From: Myxococcota bacterium
GTDB taxonomy: Bacteria; Myxococcota; JACRCW01
NCBI GenBank assembly: GCA_040752415.1
Contig: JBFMGU010000055.1
Location: 1-47,828 of the forward strand
Length of the DNA stretch: 47,828 bases
Direction of reading: 5' to 3'
The position numbers and the translations under genes were made by a program. A model generated the notes under the pieces. It had not been told where the DNA came from and ran no database searches. It worked only from the letters and a program-made list of their open reading frames with translations. Shown piece by piece: positions 38,055-45,806 of this stretch. Positions within the stretch are counted from its first letter, which is position 1, and each line of letters opens with the position of its first letter.

Positions 38055-41000
38055 TCACTGGCACAGGCCGGTGGATTCGTTGCAGGTGGTGCCGGGCTGG
38101 CAGGGGATGGACTGGTAGCTCTCCGGGCCCGTGGCGCGACAGACCTTGAGACCGTAGGCGTTGGGCACGCAGCTCATCGTGATCATCCACGCGCTCTCCG
38201 GCGCCTCGCAGCCGCGCTCCGGCGTCACGTTGCAGTCGTCGTCGGTGTCGCACAGGACCATGGAGCACACGCCGCCCACGCACGCGTCGTAGCCCTCGTA
38301 GTCCGGGTAGCAGTTGTACGAGGTGCTGCAGAAGATCGGCGAGTTGCGCACGCAGGTGCCACCGCCGCACGTCCCCGGCTGACCGAAGCGATCAAACGCG
38401 GCGCAGGACAGCGTGTCGGTGGCGACGTCGCAGGTGCCCCCCAGGCAGGAGGCGCTGCTGAACGTGATGGCGTCGGAGCCATCCGGACAGCTCGGCGCGG
38501 GGGCGTTGCAGTCGCTGGGGGTGACACACTCCGTGCCCTCCGGCGCGCACGCGCCGCTGAGGCAGATGTCGGTGCCCGGACACGCCTGGCCCGTCGTCCC
38601 GGTGGCCTCGCACTGGTAGTTGACGCACGCGCGGGTCTCGAACTCGACGCTGGTGGCGTCGGCGCACTGGCCCGTGGGTTGGGGCGCGCACGCATTCAGG
38701 TCATCACACTCCATGCAGCCCACGCCGGCCATGCAGCCAATGAATCCCGGCGCGCCGCAGTCCTGCTGCGTGGGCTCGTTGTAGATGCAGAAGCCGCGCA
38801 GGCACTCCCGGGCCTCCTGGATGACCGCGTGGTCGCCCAGGCACGACGTGGTGGAAGCGCAGTCGGCCACCGTCACGCACTCCGTGCCCGGGTCCGGGTA
38901 GCACACGGCGTCGACACACGTGCCGGGGCCATTGTTGCCAGGACACGGCGAGTAGTCCGGGTAGTTGTCGCTGCAGAGGTTGAACGCAAAGACCGGCGCG
39001 CAGGTCTGGACGTAGTGCTCCACGCCCGCGTTGCTGACGTCGCACTTGTCGTAGCTGGGGCAGCCCACCTGGGGATCGCACTCATTGGGGACGCACTGGC
39101 CGTTCGTGCAGCGGTCCAGCGGCGGGAACGGGCAGTCCGCGTCGGTCTGGCACACCCACCCGTCGAGCACGCAGGTGCCCGCGGAGCAGGTAGCGTGGTT
39201 GGGCGGCGCCGCCAGGTAGTTGCACGGCGTCTCCAAGGGCACATAGTTGCACACGCCGGCGTTGCAGGTGCCGGGGTACGTCACGAGCTTGTCGGGGCTG
39301 GTGGCGCTGCACTGGGGCGCGGGGCCGTTGGTGCAATCCGCGTCCACCGCGCACTCCGGCGGCGCGCACTCCCCGCGGATGCAGATGTCCCCGTTGGTGC
39401 ACTCCACGGTGGTGGGGCTGTCGTTGGCGCACACCTGCACGCCGGGAATCGCCGTCGGGTAGCAGACCTGGCTGTACGACGCCGCCGTGGTGGGGCCGAA
39501 GCAGACGTTGTACGGGGCGCAGTCGGCGGCCGTGTCGCACTGGCGCGCCTCACACTGGCCGTTGACGCAGGTGTCGGCGAACCCGAAGCAGTCGCTGTTG
39601 CTGCCACACGCGTTGCCCACGCACATGCCCTGCGAGGGGTCGCAGTTGTAGGCGCCGGAGATGTACGAGCAGGAGTACAGCTCGCCCGAGGGGAAGCTCT
39701 CACACATACCGTCAATGCACTCCGCGCTGGTGACCGCCAGGTCGCCGGGGCCGGCACAGGTGAAGCCGCCCGAGGGACAATCCGCCGCGGTCACGCACTC
39801 CGTTCCCTCCGGCGCACACACGCCGCTGAGGCACACCGTGGATGCGGGGCACGGTTCCTCGACGGTGCCGCCCTGGTCCACGCACTGGTAGCCCACGCAC
39901 GCCGGCGCCACGTTGACCACGCTGTTGCCGTTGCAGGTTCCGGTGGAATACGCGGCGCAGTCGCCGTCCACCGCGCACGCCACACAGCCCACTCCGTCGA
40001 CGCAGGCCACGTCGCACGGGGCGGAGGTCTCGGGGACGTTCACGCAGTAGCCCGCCTCACAGTCCACCGGACCGGCGGGATACGTGGCCACGTTGCCGGA
40101 GCACGTGGGAGCGCCGCCGCCGGCACAATCCTCGACGGTGACGCACTCGGTGCCCGGCGGAATGCACGCGCCGTCGTAGCACTGGTCGGGATCCTGACAC
40201 GACGTGTACGAGAGGGCGCCGGGCATGCACGCGGAAACGCCGGTTGCCACCGGCACGCACTGGCGGGACTGGCTGGCGAACTCGGTGGGACCGGAGCAGG
40301 CCACGGCGTCGGCGCAGGTCCCCGTGCTCTCGCAGCGGGTCAGCACGCAGTGGTTGTCGGCACAGGTACCGAAGGGCAGGTACGCGAAGCAGTCGGAATC
40401 ACGCGCGCACACCACCGACGACACGCAGTTACCCGCGGAGCAGGTGACGCCGGGCCCTGCGGTGGAGCAGGCCACCGCACCCTCGACGCGCGTGGAGCAC
40501 TGGCCCTGGATGCACGCCGGGGCGGTGACCACCAGGTCGGAGGACTGCGGGTCGCACGACGTCGTGACCTCGGTGCCACAATCACTGTCCACCTGGCACT
40601 CCGGCGTGATGCACGCCCCCTCCACGCACAGATCCCCCGCCGCGCACGACGTGGTGCTGGTCTGCGCCACGCACGTGCCGGTGGCGTCGCAGCGGTGGGA
40701 GGTGCTCTGGAGGTCGCCGTTGACGTCGCAGACGCTCTCCGCGGGCGGGCACTGCGCGTCGCTGTTGCAGGTCACGCAGCCCAGGCCCTGTGCACACGCA
40801 AACGGACAGATCTGGTCCACCACCGGCTGCGGCGTGCACGTTCCCTGGATGCACGTGAAGCTCACATTGAGAGCGGTGCTGCCGTCGCAGGCCACGAACG
40901 CGCCGGGGCAATCGTCGTCGACACTGCACCCCACGTCCTGGCAGCTTCCCGCCACGCACGCCTGGCCCGCGGCGCACGCGTTGCCGCAGGAGCCGCAGTT

Positions 41001-42098
41001 CGCCACGTCGTAGCTCAGGTCGGTCTCGCAACCGCTGGCGTCGAGGTTGTCGCAGTCATCGAAGCCGAGGTTGCAGCTGTTCCGCACGCAGGCGCCATCG
41101 GCGCAGGCTCCGGTGCCGTTGATCACCGCGCCGCAGTCGAACATGGCGGACTGGGCCACGCAGGTCCCGGTGGCGTCGCAGGCGGAGTGACCAAAGACCT
41201 CCAGGGTGGTGTCGTCGGCGCAGCGGGAGGGCTGCGGCGCGGCGCAGTTGGCGGAGGCGCACGCCGGGTTGTCGGAACCGCCCGCGAATCCCTCGGAGAA
41301 GTGGGTGACGTAGGCCACCATCTCGCCAGCGCCAACCTCGGTGGGCATGACCTCGAACTGCGTGGTGTCGCCGAGCAGTGACCAGAACACCGCCTTGCCC
41401 GCGGCGTCGCCGGTGAAGGGGATGGTCACGCGGACGGGCAGGTTGAACACCGTACCCTCCGGCCCGAAGGAGTACACCGGCGAGGCGAGCACGAAGCCTG
41501 GAATGGTCTGACCGACGCGGGTCTCGATGGTGATGACGGTGTCGGCGGGGAGTGCGCCAGGCGGGATGTCCAGGCGGGCGCGCGGGGCTCCGTTCTCATC
41601 GGAAGATGTGATGCTGCCGCCTTGCTCCGCGCTCACCTGCTGGGTGACGACGGCGCCACCGCCGCCACTGGAGCTTCCCGAGGAGCTGGTGCTCCCGCCC
41701 GACGACGAGCTGGTATTCGCGCCCGAGGAGGTGGACCCGCTGGTGCCACCGCCCGACGAGGAGCTGGTGCTGCCGTTCCCGGACGTGGATCCGCTGGCAT
41801 TCCCGCTCGACGAGGAGCTGGTGCTGCCGACCCCGCCGCTGGAGGTCGAGGACGCGGAGCTGCTGCTGCTTGCGCTCGACGAGGAAGAACTGGCGCTGCT
41901 GCTGGCACTGGACGAGCTGGACCCGGAGGTCCCGGAGCCCGATCCCGCGGAGCTGGAGCTCGACGAGCTGGTGTCGCTGGTGCTGCCACCGCCGCCACTC
42001 GTGCTGCTGCTGCTGCTCGCGGAGCTGGAGGTGGAAGGAGGACAACCTTGCGCAAGGAGGAGCAGGCCAGGAAGGCACAGGGCGCGGATTTTTCGCAT
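38055..42098 (-). CDS. Large lipoprotein: poly-Ser tether, ZU5-like domain (HFS), long Cys-rich repeat array
   Basis: MRKIRALCLPGLLLLAQG-C, GGSI..LDIPPGAL..SPVYSFGPEG..F..PV..THFS, and repeated EC....DC / C..G.C units. ATG 42098 or GTG 42104. Confidence 0.85.
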   Translation of the reverse strand: MRKIRALCLPGLLLLAQGCPPSTSSSASSSSSTSGGGGSTSDTSSSSSSSAGSGSGTSGSSSSSASSSASSSSSSASSSSSASSTSSGGVGSTSSSSSGNASGSTSGNGSTSSSSGGGTSGSTSSGANTSSSSGGSTSSSGSSSGGGGAVVTQQVSAEQGGSITSSDENGAPRARLDIPPGALPADTVITIETRVGQTIPGFVLASPVYSFGPEGTVFNLPVRVTIPFTGDAAGKAVFWSLLGDTTQFEVMPTEVGAGEMVAYVTHFSEGFAGGSDNPACASANCAAPQPSRCADDTTLEVFGHSACDATGTCVAQSAMFDCGAVINGTGACADGACVRNSCNLGFDDCDNLDASGCETDLSYDVANCGSCGNACAAGQACVAGSCQDVGCSVDDDCPGAFVACDGSTALNVSFTCIQGTCTPQPVVDQICPFACAQGLGCVTCNSDAQCPPAESVCDVNGDLQSTSHRCDATGTCVAQTSTTSCAAGDLCVEGACITPECQVDSDCGTEVTTSCDPQSSDLVVTAPACIQGQCSTRVEGAVACSTAGPGVTCSAGNCVSSVVCARDSDCFAYLPFGTCADNHCVLTRCESTGTCADAVACSGPTEFASQSRQCVPVATGVSACMPGALSYTSCQDPDQCYDGACIPPGTECVTVEDCAGGGAPTCSGNVATYPAGPVDCEAGYCVNVPETSAPCDVACVDGVGCVACAVDGDCAAYSTGTCNGNSVVNVAPACVGYQCVDQGGTVEEPCPASTVCLSGVCAPEGTECVTAADCPSGGFTCAGPGDLAVTSAECIDGMCESFPSGELYSCSYISGAYNCDPSQGMCVGNACGSNSDCFGFADTCVNGQCEARQCDTAADCAPYNVCFGPTTAASYSQVCYPTAIPGVQVCANDSPTTVECTNGDICIRGECAPPECAVDADCTNGPAPQCSATSPDKLVTYPGTCNAGVCNYVPLETPCNYLAAPPNHATCSAGTCVLDGWVCQTDADCPFPPLDRCTNGQCVPNECDPQVGCPSYDKCDVSNAGVEHYVQTCAPVFAFNLCSDNYPDYSPCPGNNGPGTCVDAVCYPDPGTECVTVADCASTTSCLGDHAVIQEARECLRGFCIYNEPTQQDCGAPGFIGCMAGVGCMECDDLNACAPQPTGQCADATSVEFETRACVNYQCEATGTTGQACPGTDICLSGACAPEGTECVTPSDCNAPAPSCPDGSDAITFSSASCLGGTCDVATDTLSCAAFDRFGQPGTCGGGTCVRNSPIFCSTSYNCYPDYEGYDACVGGVCSMVLCDTDDDCNVTPERGCEAPESAWMITMSCVPNAYGLKVCRATGPESYQSIPCQPGTTCNESTGLCQ

Positions 42099-42104
42099 CC
42101 GCAC

Positions 42105-42133
42105 CGTCTATGCGTTTGGTTCCTAAGTGTCAA
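42105..42133 (-). promoter_or_regulatory. Sigma70-type promoter TTGACA-N17-TAGACG for the 38055-42098 gene
   Basis: -35 at 42133-42128, a 17-bp spacer, and -10 at 42110-42105. The ATG begins 7 nt downstream of the -10 box. Confidence 0.55.
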
Positions 42134-42268
42134 TCCGGTTGACCCACCTGCACGACGTGGCCATTGGACGCCGTGGTTGACACTTCGCGCGTTTCCCGTT
42201 GGATTATCGTGGCGTTAGCCACGCACGGGGCCGAACGGTCCAACGGTCCCCGCATGGGTGCGACGCCT

Positions 42269-42876
42269 TTGGGACGACGCTCTTGGCACCTGCCAATGAG
42301 ATTGGGTGGGGCTCTTCTGAAACGACGGCTCTTGGCTTCCCGCCAAGGAGATTGGCAGGCAAGAGAAGGGGCTTACGTCCTGCTCACCTCTGACCGCGTC
42401 GCAGCGTCGCAGGAGTATCCAGGGCGTGAGTCGGCGCCGCAGCCGTAGGGGCTAGGCATTTCCACGTCGTGATAGCGGCCAAAGCGGAAGGAAATGCCTA
42501 GCCCGGGGTCACGTAGTCTTCCTCGAGTGAACCAACGTGTCCAAGAAGGATGCGCAGCACAGACCCCCGTTGCATGGGTGACGTTTGGGGGGTGACGGCG
42601 TGGCTCCGTCGGCCCCGGGCTAGGCATTTCCTTCCGTTCTCGTCGCTGCCACGACGTGGAAATGCCTAGCCCCTACGGCTGTGGCGTCGGCTCACGCCCT
42701 GGATACCGCCGGCGTGACTGCTCCCGGGACATTACCGTGACGACGTCAAGTAGCCAGGAAGTACTAACCACAGTCAGTCCGGCGAGGTGCGTCCCGAGCG
42801 GTGGGCAGGACGTCATCTCCTCGCTTGCGTGCCAATCTCATTGGCGGGAACCCAGGGCGTCGTCCCAAGAAGAGCC
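42269..42876. repeat. ~78-bp repeat family: partial copy 42269-42305, copy 42310-42388 and inverted copy 42800-42876
   Basis: ggctcttct..acgac..ttcccgccaa(g/t)gagattggca.gcaag..acgtcctgc.cacc aligns with the reverse complement of 42800-42876. Core palindrome gccaat-gag-attggc. Confidence 0.75.
42414..42767. mobile_element. Palindromic REPIN/MITE-like element, copy 2 (inverted relative to copy 1, one end missing)
   Basis: Two hairpins GTAG-GGGCTAGGCATTTCC..GGAAATGCCTAGCCC in opposite orientation (about 42445-42504 and 42617-42676). The spacer matches the reverse complement of about 16380-16490. Confidence 0.75.
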
Positions 42877-42908
42877 GCACAGGAGCCGCACGCAGTCTCA
42901 TCCCGGCC

Positions 42909-43493
42909 TCACGCCGTGAGCCACACCGTGCCCAGCAACACCGAAGCCACCGACGCACCGACGACGATGCGGCCCAACCACGCGCGATTGAGGTTCACCA
43001 GGGCCCCGCCCCGCCCGAGCACCCGCGTGAGCGCCGCCATGGCCACGGTGCTCCCCAGCGAGAACCCGGAGAGGTACGCGGCCGCATGCCATGTCGACGG
43101 CGCCACCGCGGGCAGCATCACCAGCACCGCCGCGCCGCCGGCAATGCCGTGCACGAGACCCATGCTGAGCGCGGTGCCCTCGCAGTGCTCGCGCGCCACG
43201 ACCCCACGACGCAGCGAAAGGAGCCCCATGACACCGGTGAACACCAGCGCCAGGCCACCAAGGCGTTCACCCCACGTGATGAGCTCGCCCAGATGGAACA
43301 CCTGCACCAACATGCTCGCCGCCACCGCCACGACGATGGTGCCGAGCGAATGCCCGATGCCCCAGCGCAGGCCAAGTCGCCAGCTCCGCGACCCCGCCGT
43401 CAAAGACAACGGTGTGAGCGAAAGCACGTGATCCGGCCCCGTCACCGAGTGCAGTGCCCCCGAACCAAGTCCCACCAACGCCGCCGCCGCCAT
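42909..43493 (-). CDS. Ni/Co transporter-like membrane protein (NicO/UreH/DsbD_2-like)
   Basis: LHSVTGPDH, WGIGHS and GLVHGIAG motifs, about 6 TM helices, and AGGAGG RBS before ATG 43493. Confidence 0.8.
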   Translation of the reverse strand: MAAAALVGLGSGALHSVTGPDHVLSLTPLSLTAGSRSWRLGLRWGIGHSLGTIVVAVAASMLVQVFHLGELITWGERLGGLALVFTGVMGLLSLRRGVVAREHCEGTALSMGLVHGIAGGAAVLVMLPAVAPSTWHAAAYLSGFSLGSTVAMAALTRVLGRGGALVNLNRAWLGRIVVGASVASVLLGTVWLTA

Positions 43494-43644
43494 CACCACC
43501 TCCTGGCAGTGCATCCTGACGGTTCGTGGCGCGTCCATCCAGGACATGTTCCTGTCATGGTGATAGCCGCGGCCAATCACGGCCTGACCGCCCACGCCGT
43601 CGAGCTGAGACGCGGGGACGGCTTGGGGCTATCCTGCGCTCCGC

Positions 43645-44808
43645 GTGCGCGCCGACCTCAAGCTCAGACGACTCATGTTCCTGTCGGGCCAGGGCCTGCT
43701 CGACGATCCCCAGCGACCCGCCACGGAGAAGAGCGTGCTCGCCACCGTCGAGGCGCTGGGATTCGTGCAGGTGGATTCCATTGCCAGCATTGCCCGCGCC
43801 CATGACCTGACGTTGGCTGCGCGCCTGTTCCGCTACAAGCCGGAGCACCTGCGTCGTCTGTTGGAGGATCGCCGCAGTCTCTTCGAGAACTGGACGCACG
43901 ACGCGGCGGTGATTCCCACGCGCTGGTTCACGCACTGGAAGCACCGCTTCTCCGCCGCCAACACGCGGATCTGGGGGAATGCGTGGTGGCGCAGCCGCTT
44001 TGGGAGGGACCCGGAGGTGGTCCTGCGCGAGGTGGAGGACCGCGTCCGACGGGAAGGCCCCATCCTTGCGCGTGACTTCGAGGGAGAGGGACGCGGCAAC
44101 GAGGCAGGTTGGTGGAACTGGAAGCCCGCCAAGGCCGCGCTGGAGCTGTTGTGGCGCAACGGCAAGCTGGCCATCTCCAGGCGCGTCAACTTCCAGAAGG
44201 TCTACGACCTCACCGAGCGCGTGCTCCCCGAGCACCACGCCCTGCCGCCACCGTCGTGGGAGGAGCACGTGGCCTGGGCCTGTCTCGGCGCGCTGGACCG
44301 CCTGGGATTCGCCACGCCGCGCGAGCTTGCCGCGTTCTGGGCCGCCGTCCCGCTCTCCGAGGTGCGCGCCTGGTGCGCCCGCGCCGTGGGCGAGGGAACG
44401 GTGGTGGAAGTGGAGCGCGGCGTGCTGGCACCACCCGATTGGCCGACGCGCGCGGCCCGGCTCCCGGAAGCTCCCTCGGAGATCCGGCTGCTGGCCCCAT
44501 TTGACCCGCTGGTGCGCGACCGCAAGCGCGCGTTGAGTCTGTTCGGGTTCAACTATCGCTTCGAGGCCTTCGTTCCCGCGGCCAAGCGCACGTACGGGTA
44601 CTACGTGCTGCCCATGCTGGAGGGGGACCGCCTCGTCGGGAGGATGGAACCCAGGCTGCAGCGGGCCGCGCGCACCGTCGAGGTGCAGGGAGTGTGGTGG
44701 GAGGAGGGCATCAAGCCCACGCGCCAGCGACGCGCCCGCCTCGACGACGCGCTGCAGCGCCTGGCCACGCTGGTGGGCGCGCGGACGATCGTCATGCCCC
44801 GTCGCTGA
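43645..44808 (+). CDS. YcaQ-like (HTH_42) interstrand-crosslink repair DNA glycosylase
   Basis: GFVQVDSI..ARAH, LFENWTHDA, GWWNWKP, FQKVYDL, LAPFDPL, YRFEAFVP and GYYVLP. Start uncertain. Confidence 0.9.
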   Translation: MRADLKLRRLMFLSGQGLLDDPQRPATEKSVLATVEALGFVQVDSIASIARAHDLTLAARLFRYKPEHLRRLLEDRRSLFENWTHDAAVIPTRWFTHWKHRFSAANTRIWGNAWWRSRFGRDPEVVLREVEDRVRREGPILARDFEGEGRGNEAGWWNWKPAKAALELLWRNGKLAISRRVNFQKVYDLTERVLPEHHALPPPSWEEHVAWACLGALDRLGFATPRELAAFWAAVPLSEVRAWCARAVGEGTVVEVERGVLAPPDWPTRAARLPEAPSEIRLLAPFDPLVRDRKRALSLFGFNYRFEAFVPAAKRTYGYYVLPMLEGDRLVGRMEPRLQRAARTVEVQGVWWEEGIKPTRQRRARLDDALQRLATLVGARTIVMPRR

Positions 44809-44864
44809 GCGCGAAACCGTTGACGACCCGCGCGGGTCAAAGCGAGCCTGTGCGCCGGAGGTGA

Positions 44865-45677
44865 ATGCGCATGGCCCGATTCAAGGTCTTCCTCGGCCGG
44901 AAGCCGCTGCGGGAAGCCTCGTTCCTCGCGGGTCCCGTGGTGATTGGCCGGCAGCCCGACGCGCAGATCCAGCTGGACCACGCCGAGGTGTCGCGCACCC
45001 ACGCCCGCGTGGAGAAGCAGCAGGGTCGGTGGGTGGTGTTGGATACCGGGCGCAACGGGCTCACCGTCAACGGTGACGCCGTCACCGAGCGTACGCTGGA
45101 GTCCGGCGACACCATCGAGATTGCCGGGTTCATCATCCGCTTCGAGCTCACGCCGGAGGACGCGCGGGAAGACGCACGCTCCAGCCCAGGTGCGTGGTCG
45201 GAGACATCCGCCGACGGACTGGCGCGGCTGGCCGCGAAGCTGAGCTCCCGGAGCGCTCCCGCGGCCAAGGAAGCTCGCGTGCAACGCCTCAGCGCGCTCC
45301 GCACCACCGACGCCATGACGGAGGAACGCAAGCAGCAGGTGCAGCGCATGGTGGAGATCAGCAAGTCCGCGCACGTGAGCTGGGTTGCCTCCGACGGAAA
45401 GAAGACCATCACGCCCCTGCTGGACCCGGGCTTGCTGGTGGGCACCGCGCCCGGCGCGCACGTCCGTCTCCGTCCGCGCCTGCTGCCCATCAAGGAGTTC
45501 GCCATCATCTACCGCGAGGGAGAAGCGGTGATGCTGGAGCCGCTCTCACGCTGGCAGAAGGTGACGGTCAACGGCATTGCCATCAAACGCGCCGCGCGCA
45601 TCTCCAACGGAGACAGGATCCAGGTTGGTGAGGACATCCTGGTCTTCCACGACGCCATGTTCTCGCCGGCGACGTGA
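44865..45677 (+). CDS. Double FHA-domain protein
   Basis: First FHA has IGR..VSRTHA..RNG..VNG..GDTI. Second FHA-like domain (VGT..VNG..GDRIQVG) lacks the GR/SxxH residues. GGAGG RBS. Confidence 0.88.
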   Translation: MRMARFKVFLGRKPLREASFLAGPVVIGRQPDAQIQLDHAEVSRTHARVEKQQGRWVVLDTGRNGLTVNGDAVTERTLESGDTIEIAGFIIRFELTPEDAREDARSSPGAWSETSADGLARLAAKLSSRSAPAAKEARVQRLSALRTTDAMTEERKQQVQRMVEISKSAHVSWVASDGKKTITPLLDPGLLVGTAPGAHVRLRPRLLPIKEFAIIYREGEAVMLEPLSRWQKVTVNGIAIKRAARISNGDRIQVGEDILVFHDAMFSPAT

Positions 45678-45706
45678 TTCCCAAATGTGTCGGAGAGTTC
45701 CAGGAA

Positions 45707-45786
45707 GGAAGTCAGAAGTCAGAAGACGCCCCGCGACGACGACGGGCCAGCGCCTTCTGCTTTCTGTATTCTGACTTCTGACTTCC
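45707..45786. repeat. 18-bp perfect inverted repeat of AGTCAGA heptamers between convergent genes (probable bidirectional terminator/repeat element)
   Basis: ggaagtcagaagtcagaa (45707-45724) / ttctgacttctgacttcc (45769-45786). Confidence 0.7.
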
Positions 45787-45806
45787 CTTGGGCTTCCCGA
45801 CCCCCC

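Noticed and set aside
969..41381. Very long opposite-strand ORFs (e.g. 969-3410, 3058-6981, 7968-11756, 13019-16150, 22940-25453, 34990-37668, 37845-41381)
   Set aside because: These are typical high-GC antisense shadows of well-supported genes and have no recognisable motifs.
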